Shown here piece by piece: positions 42,626 to 56,797 of a stretch of DNA of 64,000 nucleotides. The position numbers were made by a program, and so were the translations under genes. This DNA is from Octopus vulgaris. Its lineage: Eukaryota. The notes under the pieces are model-generated. The model ran no database searches, had not been told where the DNA came from, and saw only the letters and a list, made by a program, of their open reading frames with translations. The stretch's first letter is position 1; every line of letters starts with the position of its first letter. Location: NCBI GenBank assembly GCA_951406725.2, contig OX597814.1:88474001-88538000 (forward strand), written 5' to 3'.

Positions 42626-42702
42626 CACAGTTCTCCCCGCCTCGGGTCAGTTGGCCTAGCGAGAAAGATAATTCTCACACACTCGCTCGCTTATTTCTCA
42701 TT

Positions 42703-42825
42703 CACTCACACACTCACTCACTCACACACTCACTCGCTCGCTCACTCATTCACTCACTCACTCACTCACTCACTCACTCACTCACTCACTCACTCACTCA
42801 CTCACTCACTCACTCATTCATTCAT
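42703..42825. repeat. (TCAC)n microsatellite
   Basis: Direct reading of the sequence. Confidence 0.95.
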
Positions 42826-43534
42826 TCTTTTATTCTTTTCTGGTATTCTCTCACAACACCGAGGGAGAGGGGGGCATAGCTTTTCTATTTCGTATCGCAC
42901 TGCGTACATAATGTTTCTTACACAGTATGAGAAACGTTCTCTCAACACACACATAATGTTCCACACAAAATAAAGTTCAATTAATTCGGTATGCAACAGG
43001 CGGGCAAACCTGATTTCCGGCATTCTTTTTCCTTCTTATTTCATTTTTTTGCGCTCCACATTTTTTTCTAAACGTTAATACTGACTAGGCGTCACCCCGT
43101 AACTGTTTAAATCCATGTTGAAAAGAATAGCAGCCAACGCCCAAGTCTTTGTTTTTTCTTTTTTTATATATCTCCCTTTATCTACATTTACATTGTCCAC
43201 CTATTAATGAAAATATCTTCAAAAGGTATTAAGAGTAACTAATTTGAAAATGGTGTGAAAGCAGTTAATTCTCACATCACACTCGGAAATTGAGATAAAG
43301 CAGTATTTGAAATGCATTGAACTAGGAGTGTTATTATGCATGAATATACGAGGTACGTTCACATATATAGCATATATTTTTCAATAAAATTTATTACATG
43401 ATCCAACAAAAGGACAGGCTAATGTAATATATGGTTGATTCAGAGACAACATAGGTTCAGGCGTGGCTCTGTGGTAAGAAGCTTACTTCCCTTCCACATG
43501 ATTCCGGGTTCAGTCCCACGGCGTGTCACCTTAC

Positions 43535-45441
43535 TATCGACACGTGCCGACCAGACTATGGGAAAATGTTATTAACAATAAAGGAGACGGAAACTGCAAT
43601 GAGAATGGATTGCTGCTCCTTGGGCTGTGCGCTGAACACTCTCTACGTAACCAACACCCAATTTCGACTCCCAATTCGCTTCAAAGCCGCCTGGAAGCAC
43701 CCCAAGTCGAAATACTGGCACCTCCTAAACTACTCCATCATCCGGCAACGAGACGAAAGAAACGTCATCATCACGCGAACGACAAACTGTGCTGACGATT
43801 GCCGGACAGACTATCCTCTCTAGTCATCATCCGCCATCGAATAATTGTTAACAACACACCAAAGACTGGATAAACAAAACCAGTCAGGAGAAAATTTGAC
43901 AAATCGAAGTTTAACAACCCAGAGATCAGCTCCCTTTATGCATCTTCCACTCTCAAAAATCTTCAATCCATCCTATCTGACAACCAGGATATGGATAAGG
44001 AATGGAACACACTTCGAAAAACCATCACTGCAGTGGCTGAAAACACCCTCGGGTACAGCAAGAGGGGACATCAGGACTGGTTTGATGACAATGATCAAGA
44101 AAGCACCCAGCTTGTCGATGCAAAACGGCAAACCCGCCTCTCTCATGAGCAAGATCCAAGATCGCGGCACAAGGTGAGATATCAAGACCTCAAAAGACAA
44201 TGCTAAACAAAATTGAGAGAGATTCAGAGCAACTGGTGGCAACAAAAAGCCGTTGAACTCCAACGCCCGTGACCTCGAACGCTTCTACGCAGGAAAGAAG
44301 GAATTTTTATGACCTGTGAGATCATCAACAGGGTCTCTTCAATAAGTAGACTCCAACACCATCCTGACTGACCCACAATATATCCTTCAACGCTGGACAG
44401 TGCACTTCTCAAGTCTTCTGAAACAAGACTTCAGCGCGGCGGAGGACTTCTTGAAGAACGTACACATCCAGAGGGACAACTGATATGATCTTTTGTGCTC
44501 GACAAATACAAGAAAAGATAGAGAACAACAAAAACCTCTCTATTTTGTTTTCTATGACCTCGAAAAGGCCTTTGATACCGTCCCAAGGCTTGCAATGTGG
44601 AAGGTCCTCCGACGCTTCAGCTACCTAGTACAGGGATTACATGACGGTATGACTGGAACCATCTTCCATTAAAACCAACTGTCTGAAGACTTTCCCATCC
44701 CTGGAGGATTAAAACAAGGATGCGTTTTGGCCTATACGCTCTTCTCCCTGTACCTTGCAGCAATGTTTCATGAACTGCCTTCAGATAATCCAGGAGTCAA
44801 CATTAGGTACCGATGTGACGGGAATGTTTCAACCCTGCCAGACTGAAGTCACCAGGAAGCAAAAGATAACAGAACTTCAGTATGCTGATGACAACGCAGC
44901 GGTCTGTCAATCCAGTGAACAGCTTCAATAATTGGTGAAAAACTTCACCAATGCTTACACTCGATTTGGCCTAAGAGTCAATATCAAAAAGACAAAAATC
45001 CTGACACAACCCGTTCTAAGTCACGAAGCTCCAGACCTCAGCATTACCATCTCGGAGATGCCACTGGAGAAAGTCGACCACTTTTCATACTTAGGAAGTT
45101 TGCTTTCGAACAAGTGCATATTGGAAAAGGACGATTAAGAGTGGCTCACACCGGGTTTGGTGGAATCGCGAAAAGGGTCTTTAAAAACAAAGATCTGAAC
45201 CACCAAACAACATTGAGTGTCTACCAAGCAGTCGTGATCTCCACTCTCCTCTACGGTTGTGAAACCTGGACTCGTTACCGAAGTGGCGTCAAAAGACTAG
45301 AGCGATTTCACCAACAGAAGCTTCTCTCTATTATGAATATCAAATGGAATGATTATGTGACCGATGTCTCCGTTTTGGAGAGAACAAAAAGCAGCAGCAT
45401 CAAGCCACCATCCTGAAACATCGTCTGAGATGGGCGGGCCG
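43535..45441 (+). mobile_element. Decayed RTE-BovB-like LINE (end of EN domain plus RT), preceded by a SINE B head at 43459-43532
   Basis: 'GNCNENGLLLLGLCAEH', 'WKHPKSKYWHLL', 'HQDWFDDND', 'DLEKAFDTV', 'GLKQGCVLA', 'LQYADD' and 'TLLYGCETWT'. Confidence 0.9.
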
Positions 45442-46194
45442 CAAAATTTTTTCCCCACGAGAGTTCCAGACTCCAGTTATGAATTCTTTTGCATACAGCC
45501 AATCAGAACTCAACTATCAAACTAGTGACCACCTAATCACGAAAATACTCTGGATATTCTGGTTGAGCTCAGTGGAAAATGTGCGTTATAGCAAAATCTA
45601 GCTGTTCTAAACGGGTTAATTGGGGTGACAAATGTGAAATTTAGTGTATAAAGTGAATGGAGAGCTGCTCACGCATGATGCCATAAGTGTTGCCAATTCG
45701 CATAATTACTAGAAAGTGTAAATGAGTGTAGTTTCCTAATTTTTTGACTGATTTTGTACATTCCTAATTTGAAATGTTGGTGCTGATCTGGAAACATCGT
45801 AATCAATATGGCGTTGTGTCGTATTGCGCCCTCCTTGCATATATCAGGGAAATGCAGTATCACTAATCTCAGTCTGAGCATAGGTACCTAATGTTAGCTC
45901 CATATAGAGATGGTGCGCAATTGCTCTATAAGGATGGTGGGGGGGGGGTATGTGGTGCTTGTGTGAGACAGGTTTTTTTTTCTCAATCATAAGTTGTACT
46001 CACAGAATGCTGTACTCACAGAATGGCACACACCATTCTATGCCTGACTGGCTGTACTGTAATAGTACACAGTCTGTGGACTTTCAAGGTAAGCTCTGAT
46101 TGGGTGTATGCAAATGAGTTCACTATTGGGGTCCGGAACTCTTGTAAGAAAAAATTTACGGGCGGGCCACGTAGCAAGCATAAAAGAAACCAGG

Positions 46195-46341
46195 CTACTG
46201 ACTTCCTTTCGCCAGACAAACTGAGTTTTACAAGTGCTATTTTATATTTTAAAGTATCTAGACTACTCAGATGTAAGAATACAAGTCTCCACAAAATAGC
46301 ACTTGTAAAACTCAGTTTGTCTGGTGAAAAGAAGTCAGTAG
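46195..46341. repeat. 49-bp inverted repeat (2 mismatches) with 49-nt spacer
   Basis: 46195-46243 compared with 46293-46341. Confidence 0.9.
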
Positions 46342-46782
46342 ATATTGTGGTTGCCGAAAAATAGCAAAATATTTGATGATATGGTTGAAAAGAAAATTAT
46401 TTTTGTTTTTTGAAGATTGTGTTCCTAACGCTGGTTTATTTGGTAATCCAGCCCTATCTTGGCCACATTTTATCGGCGCTGTACTGTACTTTATTCATAG
46501 AATCCCCTCATAGACGCATACACGATGTCACACAAAATCACTGTAAACACACTGTAAAAAGGGACTTTTTTTCATGCAGATGCAAGTCCTTCTACATTAG
46601 CGTTTAAAAATAATTTTTGTTAGTGTAATTCCTTCATAGACATTTGTGAGAATAAGTGAAGTCTGAAGCTATTTGAATATTTGCATATTGAAAAGTTTTT
46701 CCAATATTTTGGGGCGATAAATTTATAAATGGATTTCATATAATTTTCTCATTTCATTATTACATGCTATTGTATAAACGGG

Positions 46783-47890
46783 TGGAGGCGCGTAACATAG
46801 TGGCTAGGGTGTCAGCATCATGATCGTAAGATTGTGGTTTCGATTCCTGGACCGGGCGACGTGTTGTGCTCTTGAGCAAAACACTTCATTTCACGTTGCT
46901 CCAGTCCACTCAGCTGGCAAAAATGAGTAACGCTGCAATGGACTGGCGTCCCGTCCAGCTGGGGAACACATATGCCATTGAAACCGGGAAAACGGGCCCA
47001 TGAGCCTGGCTAGGCTTTAAAAGGGTGCATTTGCTTTTACATTGTATAAACGGTGAGCTGGTAGAATCGTTAGCACGCCGGGTGAAATGCTTAGCGGTAT
47101 TTCGTCCGTTTACACGTTTTGAGTTCAAATTCCGCCGAGGTTGACTTTGCCTTTCGTTCTCTCGGGGTCGATAAATTAAGGACCAGTGAAACACCGGGGT
47201 AGATATAATCGACTATCCCCCTCCCCTAAAATGTCAGCTTTTGTGCCTATAGTAGAAAGGATTATTACATGCTATTGTATAAACGGTGAACCAGCAGAGT
47301 CGTTAGCACGCCGGGAAAAAAGCAAAGCGACATTTCGTTCGTCTTCATGTTCTGAGTTCAAATTGCGCTCTTTGGTCGACTTTGTTTTTCATCCTTTCGA
47401 GGTCGATAAAAGAAGTACCAATTTGAGTACTGAGTCGATGTAATCAACTATTCCCTCCCCCAAATTTCAGTCCATTTTTACGTCTTGAATTGAAATTCCG
47501 CTGAGGCTGTCTTTGCCTTTCGAGGTCGATAAAAGAAGTACCAGTTCTGCGCTCTAGTGGATGTAATCAACGTGACCCCCCTCCCTCGAAATTGCTGATC
47601 TTGGTGCTTGAATTTGAAGCCAATATTTTGGGGACATTATACACGGGTTTCATATATTTTCTCCTTTCACTGTTACTTGCTATTGCAAAGTGGCGAGCTT
47701 GTACAATCGTTAGCGCAACGGGGAAAATGCTGAGTGGTATTTCGCAAGTCTTTGCGTTCTGAATTCAAATTCCACCGAGATCGATTTGGTCTTTTATCCT
47801 TTCGAGGTCGATAAAATAAGTACCAGTTGTGCACTGGGATCGACTTATCCCTTCCACGAACCTGCTGGTCACGTGCCAAAATTTGAAATC
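46783..47890 (+). mobile_element. SINE cluster: one family C copy followed by about four family A copies or fragments
   Basis: Family C head at 46783. Family A heads at about 47050, 47285 and 47690. The flank 'attgtataaacgg' is repeated at about 46769, 47041 and 47273. Confidence 0.85.
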
Positions 47891-49659
47891 AGTATTACTT
47901 GCTACTGTCTTTATCATGTGTTGAATTGCTCTATTACTCAATATTTGAGTTGCATTCATTTTCGTCTGACAGTTTGCTTTAAAAGGTGTAATGTCATTCG
48001 CTGTCTAGATCCGTCGCGGTCGACTTATTTTTATTAAAAGACTAAATGAACCATCTTGAAGTTCATCGAAACCTTCATGTGTTTATGTCCCAGATGACCC
48101 GACATATTGCTAGTCAATAATATTTCTTCATTAGCTCTTCACTAGATGTTCAAATCCATTATATTCTCCAAAGGAATAGAATAAACACACAGTTGTTGAT
48201 TTTCTCCATCATCGTAGATTAAATATAAACTATCGGCAAACCGAGTTAATAACTTAGATTCGATTTCAGGTGTTATCCATTCCACTTACTTTTGAGGCAA
48301 AAGCTTGATCTTCACGATCCTTATGAACTTATGTAAACAAAGGAATTAGTAAGTGATCATTCAGTTTGCTCTATATAACAGCTAAATCTCCTTCAAATCA
48401 TACCGTCTTTTTTAATTCTTTTTAAATGAAGAAATTACTTCGGATAATGATGTCCTAAATATCCTCTGTTTGAAATTTGGACGGAATAGTCACGGTTAGA
48501 GCACATTTGATTTACTCTAGGTCTGCTCGGTCATAGATGCACGAGGCTCCAAAGAAAAATGACCGATAAATAAAAGGAAGTAATGTACGCTATTTATTGC
48601 ACTGACGCAGGGGTTAAATAATATCCTTTTTTTGTTTAGAAATATATAATTAAGTTGATAGACTGATAGAAAACAAAATGGCGAAAGTGAAAAAGCGAGA
48701 GAGAATGTAGATAAATACTTACATAATAAAGTGTATTTAGTTAAAATATTCTAAAGTTAAATGCAAATGTGCTTATGATAATTATTTAAACAGATACTTA
48801 GAAATCCTCTTAAATTTAAATCACTGGGTAGAGTAAATAATGAGCTTATTCATTCAAATTTATCAAATAGTTATTTAATCCAGGATTTAATATGAATGTA
48901 CGTGGCTTCTAATCAAATGTACCAGGAATTCGTTTTCATATTCTTGCAATCTGAAATACCTGGTTCAGAATGACGATTTTAATTCGTAGAGGAACACGTT
49001 GGATGGAGGATTGGCAGAATCATATAAACACCGAACAAAATACCCGAAGTATTTAACTATGGTCGTTTATGTTCTGAGTTCAAATCCTGCCAAGGTCAAA
49101 TTTGTCTTTATCATTCTGGTCAAGATAGAATAAAACACCAATAAGTATTGAGTTCATTTAATGTTTTTGAAATGCATCTAACGTATATATATATTCCAAA
49201 GATAATCTGAATAAATTCTGCGATTCTGCTACAATATTCTATTTTCTAAACACCAATTATTGAAGGAGAGGATTGAAAAAAGTTCCGGCTTGTTTACATG
49301 CACCTAAAAATCTGTTTTCCAAATATCATTAAAGATTCCTTAATTATTATTATTAAACAGTAGATTAGATATGTAATCTAAGAATCATTAAATATTTCGT
49401 AAATATTATTATTAAATAGAAGACTAGATATATTGGTAAATATCTGATTTAGATATGTTCTCCAAAATTCTTTAAATATTTCTTTAATATTATTATTAAT
49501 TAGAAAACTAGATATATTGGTAAATATCGGATTAGGTAAATACATTACTGTAATATAGATATTAGGATGCACTGTATTTAATTTTTAGAAATATATCATA
49601 TAAATACCTACATTTATATTAAATGGTCGTTTCTAGATATACACACACACACACACACA

Positions 49660-49702
<43 letters not shown>

Positions 49703-49816
49703 ATACTCGTTAATTTATTATTTCAGTTAATAGAAATAAAGGATATTCTACCTTAATACATAAAATTCTGATATAAGCATAATATTGCATTTTAAACATT
49801 TAATATATATATTAAA

Positions 49817-50100
49817 TGGCCCAGTGGTTAGGGCAGTGGACTCGCGGTCGTAGGATCGCGGTTTCGATCCCTAGACCGGGCGTTGTGAGTGTTTATTGAG
49901 CGAAAACACCTAAAGCTCCACGAGGCTCCTGCAGGGGGGGGGTCCCTGCTGTACTCTTTCGCCACAGCTTTCTCTCACTCTTTCTTCTGTTGGCCTGCTC
50001 GCTTAGCCAGTGGGGTGGCGTCATTTGAAGTTTAAAACAAAGCAAAGCGCATTGTGACCAGCAATGTGTAGCAACATCTGATAGCCTGGTCGGTCACGTG
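49817..50100 (+). mobile_element. SINE family D
   Basis: 'tggcccagtggttagg..ggtttcgatcc..gagcgaaaacacctaaagctccacg'. Confidence 0.85.
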
Positions 50101-50108
50101 ACGTGATG

Positions 50109-50145
<37 letters not shown>

Positions 50146-50149
50146 AAGA

Positions 50150-51635
50150 TTAATTTATTTAATTTTATCGAGATGTATTACAAAATAGATGGAATTTATT
50201 ATAAGTAAATAGTATAACCACTAACATTTATTAATTTGATTTTAAATAAACTTATATAAACTTCTTATAGATATTTTATCGGGCTTACAAGACTATAAAA
50301 TATTTCGTTTGTTTTTTTGCTTTAAGTAAGCATTGCTCAATGACGTAATACACTTAATACATATCAGGGAGAAACGTAATGTGCAATGTCCCAGTATATA
50401 AATAAGTGATCTACAAGCTATGAATTCTAAATTTTTTAATATTTTTTGTTATAATATAAAATATAGATTATTATTTTATTTTTATTTCATTTTTTATTCT
50501 CTTTATTCCCTTCTTTTGCCTCTTTTTAAAACTGATCTAGAATTATATTCAACTATATATAGCCTAAGTATATTTTACAAGAGGCTTAATCGCAATGTAT
50601 ATATGTATATATTGTGATAAAATATGTCTCTTTACTAATGCGCTGACTACAGGTTGCATCGTCCCTGAATTTATAGAGGAGGGGTTGTTTGTTAGTGGCG
50701 CAAATGTTGATGTGTTCGCTGAATGCTATTTTTCTGTATTCCCGAATGTTGATCTGGGATCTATGTAGAGCCATTCTTTGACATAGACTATTTTGGTTTG
50801 GCCAATGTATTGCTCTTGACACCCAGAGCAAGCTAATACATATAATAGGTTCTTCGAAGCACATGTGACATTTTTCACTATAAAACGTTGACCGTTTGAA
50901 AAAACCGATCCCTTAATTAGGTTGACGCATATACCACAGTTAGGTCTTCCCCATTTTTTTACTGACGGCTTCAGTGTTGTTGTCGAGTGTACTTGGACTT
51001 AGTTAGGAAACGACTTTTCATAGATTTGGGCTGTCTTATGCTCTTTATGATGGTGTACCTTTGGAGCATTAACTTCATTCTGTTGTCCGTTTTTAGTAGG
51101 ATTAAATTCATTCTGTGGTCCGTTTTGTTAAGGGGGTTGTATGTGGAGTTGTATGGTAGGGGCTTTTGGTTGTGAATCCTTCTTTAGTTTGGGATGTCTG
51201 AGTTCGTGGATGTTGAGTTGTAGGGAAGGTTGAAGGCCTATATCAATTAGTCATGGTGGGTAGTTCCTGGTAATGAGTGTATCCTTTAGCTCATGTAGTC
51301 GTGTGTCTCTGGTGCTTGTATTAGAAACTACAGTACAAACCCTTTTTTCTATGTTGAAAGGGATATTCATTCTAGTGTGTCTGGGGTGGCATGAGTTGAA
51401 CGGTAGATATTACTTGGAGTCCATGGGCGTATAGTATATATCTGCTTCTATTTTGTTGCTGGATTTGTTAATGAGGATGTCGACAAGTGGAAGTTGTTGA
51501 TGGATACATTCCATCGTAAATTTAAAGTTTATGTCATGTCCATTTATAAGTGCTTGAAATTCTTTAAGTCTCCCTATACTTTCATACCCAATAATGAAAC
51601 AGTCATCCAGATACCTCTTCCAGTTGTTTTCTATA
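50150..51635 (-). mobile_element. Penelope-like element fragment: RT C-terminus, GIY-YIG endonuclease and AT-rich 3' region
   Basis: '[10 protein letters not shown]', 'FKFTME', 'LPLVDI', 'YLPFNSCHPRH..NIPF' and 'TCASKNLLYVLACSGCQEQYIGQT', with stops and frameshifts. Confidence 0.9.
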
Positions 51636-51703
51636 TATGCATATGTATATATACATATACATATGCTTATGTACATATATATATATGTATATATACACAT
51701 ATA

Positions 51704-51747
<44 letters not shown>

Positions 51748-52245
51748 TATATACATATACATATATATACACACACATACATATATATGTATATATACAT
51801 ATATACACACACATATAAATATACATATATATATACATACATGTATACATATATATATATATATACATATAAATCTATATATATACATTATATATATACA
51901 TATACATCCATACATGTACATGCATACATATACGTCTTTACATATACATCTACATATATACATATACATATATATATATGTATACACATACATAATATCT
52001 ATATATATATGCATGTATATATGTGAGATAATGATAACAGTTTCACTTTTATTAGTTTCAGTATTAATAGTGATCTCACGTTACAATACACGTAATACTG
52101 AAACGAGATTGCTCCACGCTCGCATTATACAAGAAGTTGAAAAATTTTTTGGCTCATGACACTCAGTTATATATATATATGTAAGCATGTATGTATGTAT
52201 GTATGTATGTATGTATGTATGTATGTATGTATGTATGTATGTATG

Positions 52246-52295
<50 letters not shown>

Positions 52296-52309
52296 TATGT
52301 ATATATATG

Positions 52310-52361
<52 letters not shown>

Positions 52362-52363
52362 TA
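51632..52363. repeat. Degenerate (TA/CA/TATG)n microsatellite blocks with a short Helitron-like fragment at about 52030-52165
   Basis: Direct reading. 'acacgtaatactgaaa' and 'caagaagttgaa' are shared with 17935-18002. Confidence 0.85.
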
Positions 52364-52895
52364 TTTTGACTCCAAAATTTACAGGGACATGTAAAATGAG
52401 GTGAGGATGCGAGTGGGCTAGGTTAGAAATCCCTATCTTAAAAGGTGTCGTTGCTAGGGCCAAAAACGCACTTTGACAAGTCTACTCTCATTCTTTTATG
52501 TATCTGTCTTCCTCCATCACTCACTGTCTTTCCTCCCTTCCCTTCACATTCTATATATAACGTCGTTTCACAGCGTCTAACTCCCTTCCCTTATCTGATT
52601 CATAATATTTGTTCTCATGATTGTGTGGTGGTGGTGGCGATGATAATTCTCTCTATGAATGCAGACACGTAGAGAGAGAGAGTGTGTGTGTGTGAAAGCG
52701 CTGTCGCACGCACACACAGAGGCACACGCACATATACACACGCATGCATGGACGCGCGCGCTTGCACTCACACACGCACACACGCACACACACACACATG
52801 CACACACGCATACACACACACAGGATGTCAGACTCGTTACCCGAAGACTGAGAAAGACAGTCATACATGAGGGAACAATAAAACTTAAATTACAT

Positions 52896-53308
52896 AGGCG
52901 TAGGAGTGGCTGTGTGGTAAGTAGCTTGCTTACCAACCACACGGTTCTGGGTTCAGTCCCACTGCGTGGCACCTTGGGCAAGTGTCTTCAACTGTAGCCT
53001 CGGGCCGAACAAAGCCTTGTGAGTGCATTTGGTTGACGGAAACTAAAAGAAGCCCATCGTATGTAAGTATGTGTGTGTTTGTCCCCCACCATCGCTTGAC
53101 AAAAAGAAGCCCATCGTATGTATGTATGTGTGTGTTTGTCCCCCACCATCGCTTGACAACCGATGGTGGTGTGTTGACGGTTCGGCAAAAGTGACCGATA
53201 GAATAAGTACTAGGCTTACAAAGAATAAGACCTGGGGTTGATTTGCGCGACTAAAGGCGGTGCTGCAGCATGGCCACAGTCAAATGATTGAAACAAGTAA
53301 AAGAGTAG
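52896..53308 (+). mobile_element. SINE family B with internal tandem duplication of about 56 bp
   Basis: 'aaaagaagcccatcgtatg..ccatcgcttgac' occurs twice, at about 53046 and 53102. Confidence 0.9.
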
Positions 53309-53861
53309 AGAAGAAAAAAAAAATTTACAAATTGCTTCTGCTGAGGATGCGCAAGCGTGTTGCACGCGCACGTGTGTACGTGTGTATGTAAGTATGTCTG
53401 TGACAGTGTGCTTGTGTGTGGGCGTTGGTGGGGGGGGGTGAGTTCGCGCGTGCGTGCGTGAATTGCGTTGTGTGCCCATGCACTGGACTTAAATGTTCTA
53501 CTTTATTAGGAAAGTAAGTTTCTGATAACAAATTCCTAACCAAAAGCTCTTAATTGATTTGCTTGAAGGGATAAGAAACAAAACCACTGTGTTCAACAAC
53601 GGAAATATGATTTTACAAGCTTATTCAGACAATAGTTTAAGTAAGGAAGAAACCCATTTTCCAAGTAGTCTCGTTTAATCAATACTCCGTAATGCTGCTG
53701 CTGCTTTCTGCCGCGCTGCTGCTGCTGCTAATGGTGCTGCTGTTCTTAATGCTGCATACGCTGCGACCGTCGTCTTTGTTATTGCTTCTATTACGGCTGC
53801 TGTTATTACTGCTGCTATTCATAGAATTAGAATTTTTACTGTATGTTAGTAAAGATGTATT

Positions 53862-54325
53862 AATGTATGCATGCATGTATGCACGTGTGTATGGATGTAT
53901 GTATGCCTTATGTATGCATTTATGCATGTGTGTATGTATGCATATATATTTATATACGTATATATGTGTGCATGCATGCAGGCATACATGTATGTATGCC
54001 TGTATGCATGTATGTTTGTATGTATGTATGCATGTATGTATGCATGAATGTATTTATGTATGTATGTATGTATGTATGCATATATATTCATGTACGTATA
54101 TACGTGTGCATGCATGCATGCAGGCATACTTGTATGTATGCCTGTATGTATGTATGTATGTATGTTTGTATGTATGTTTGTATGTATGTATGCATGAATG
54201 TATGTATGTGTGTGCTTGTATGTATGCATATATATTTATGTCTGCATATATGTGTGTACATGCATGCATGTACGTATGAATGTATGTATGTATATTTGTA
54301 TTATGTATGTATGTATGTATGTATA
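53862..54325. repeat. Degenerate (TATG/CATG)n tract
   Basis: Direct reading of the sequence. Confidence 0.95.
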
Positions 54326-54539
54326 AAAAGCATACTCAGATTAAACCTTAAATGTATACATGTTTACAAAACATTTTGCAGCGATCGAATGTGGATCAAA
54401 TTAAATTCTGTGAATACAGTTGTTAAATTTACCGGGGTCTGGTTTGATACTTAAGTTTATACGAACATTGGCTGGTTACTTAAGTATGGTGTGTTTCGTA
54501 TCTCTAGCAACCACATTGTCAAAGTTGACTGAAATGTAG

Positions 54540-55390
54540 GGGAATAAATAGGACGTTGATGTGATGTGAGGGTTCTTCATGGATTGTAATATTGGCTGAA
54601 TGCGTATCGGTTCGCTTGGCACACTGAGATAAATTTTAACTATAAAACAAGCGTAAATAACCAGAGTAGATATCACCTCATTAATGAAACCAGTGGGAAT
54701 ATTTCGGGATGATGGGAAGCGTTCCGATTATCCTGCTGTATCCCGTTGCGCTATAGCTAGATACTTCAGACTACACTGTTAGAGATTCATTTGCATTATC
54801 ACACGGGCTAAATCAGTGGTTCTCATCCAGGGTCTATATGGTCCCTGAGGGTCCGTATAAGATTTTTGGAGGCCCACCCTAACTAAATAGTAAATTGGGT
54901 TTTCAAAAGTATTTTAAAGGCCCCTGAAAAAATTTTGCTTTAGATGTATGTATTGGCAAGTATTGCAAGAAACAGTTAGGTTTTTTTCTCTCGCATTTTT
55001 CGTATATAGCTCAACCTACACAAATTAGTGTGTGAAAAACAAGATATGGAATTTTGAAAGAAGGTTCTGTAAAACTAGTTTTTAAACTTCGAATGACTAC
55101 GGGGATCCAACAGAATAAAATAATCAAAAAGTGTCCATAGATAACAAATGGTTGAGAACCCTTGGGCTAAATGATGAAGGCGAGGTGGTGCCATTGCTTC
55201 CAACGCAAAAAGAATAAAGTCCTGAAATATCGTAATTTGCTGGTGAATCACATTGTTCAACCACTGGCATTGAAGATATGGAGGGGAAGTGGGCCGCTGA
55301 CTGCAAAGTTATCATCGCTGCCAACTCGTCGTAAGGGAACGAACTTGGCTGTTGCAACGTTTCAAGCTCACGATTATCTGTGGTAATACT
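54540..55390 (+). mobile_element. CRE-clade-like LINE 3' RLE remnant split by a hAT MITE
   Basis: 'VLHGL', 'HTEIN', 'KPVGIFRDDGKRSD' and 'DYTVRDSFA' before the MITE, and 'KYRNLL..VQPLAL' after it. Confidence 0.6.
54814..55164. mobile_element. hAT MITE with 8-bp TSD
   Basis: TIRs cagtggttctcatcc and ggttgagaacccttg. TSD ggctaaat at 54806-13 and 55165-72. Confidence 0.92.
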
Positions 55391-56797
55391 ACAATTGTTT
55401 TTGAATCGCTTTAGACATTCTTTTAGAAAAATACACTAGATTAGTTTTATATGCCTTTTTGGCTAATTTTTATTGGTTATTTATTTTTGCAAACTATCGC
55501 TAGCCTAAACGCAAGCGAGCAGGCACGTGCGCGCACGCACACACACACACACACACACACACGTACACTCACGCACACACACATGCACGCATGGATATAT
55601 TTAAGATTTAATCTGATATATCTGATCGATTAGCTACGCTAATACGAAAGCAAAAGGAAATACTAGTAAACTATATTTTTAAACATCTAAATATCAATTA
55701 GGATATGAACTTCCTATTAAACAATTTATTCCTCGTTATAAAGATAAAATTTCTATACAAGAATTTTCTAAGTTCAATTCCATCGTGGTTGACTTTGCTT
55801 TTTATCCATTCGGGTCGACAAAAATAAGCACCAGTTGAATACTGGAGTCGATGTAAACGACTTACCATTCCCCTAAAAATTGCTGGCCCTGTGCCAAAAT
55901 TTGAAACCAATATGTATTACATATGATGCCTGGATACCAGGGAAATATGTGTCTCACATGTGATACACAAGACATGCAGAGAGTAATCTAACCACAAAAC
56001 CAAGTGGTGTAAGTTAGCTTCAGCATATTATTGGAATCATTCCAGGTATTTTTCATGGTGTAGAAACATGGAACCTGACAAAATATCGAACAAAGCAAAT
56101 CAAGAAAACCTCAATATGCTCACAAACGCTTTATGCTTAGAATAATGGACGATAAAAGACGATAAAGTATAAAACAATGAAATGGATAAAAATAAAATAA
56201 ATTGATTAGATCACATTTTCATTTTCATAAAATCATTGAAGCAAAGTTGAGCTGTACACCTCCAGAGGACAAGTGACCACAGATGGAAGAAAAAACTAAG
56301 ATATGGAGAGACCGCAGTAGCTAACAACAAACATAATGGAAGAAAGAATTAGATAATTTGACGAAAATTACAGATCGGACGCTTAAAGTCGAAAGGTTAT
56401 GAAGTCAAAGGGAAAAAATACTTTAACCAACAGTGGAAGAGCATTCACTGATTTGATTGATACATGATGTTGGTATTTATTTATTGATTCTGGAGGAACG
56501 AAAGTCAACTGCAGAGAAACTTGAATACAAATTACTAATGTATGGAAACTTTGATGTCCTAACTTGTCCTCTTCGACGCTATCATTTTCACCGTTAACTC
56601 ATCATTTTTCTGCTGTCCTTACAATTATTACAATAATGGGCGAATTATAGACTAACGAATAATTTAGTTTAATATACTAAAAGCAAGATCTCGATGGACT
56701 TAAAAATTTGAGCAATGAAATACTGAACTAGATGCCGTAAAATATCTTCATTCGTCCATTATGCACCAATCTTTATTACAGCTTGATTACAGCTTTA

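Noticed and set aside
42371-42973. 200-aa ORF
   Set aside because: It has a GTG start, runs through (TCAC)n, has no domain and overlaps the promoter-like motifs.
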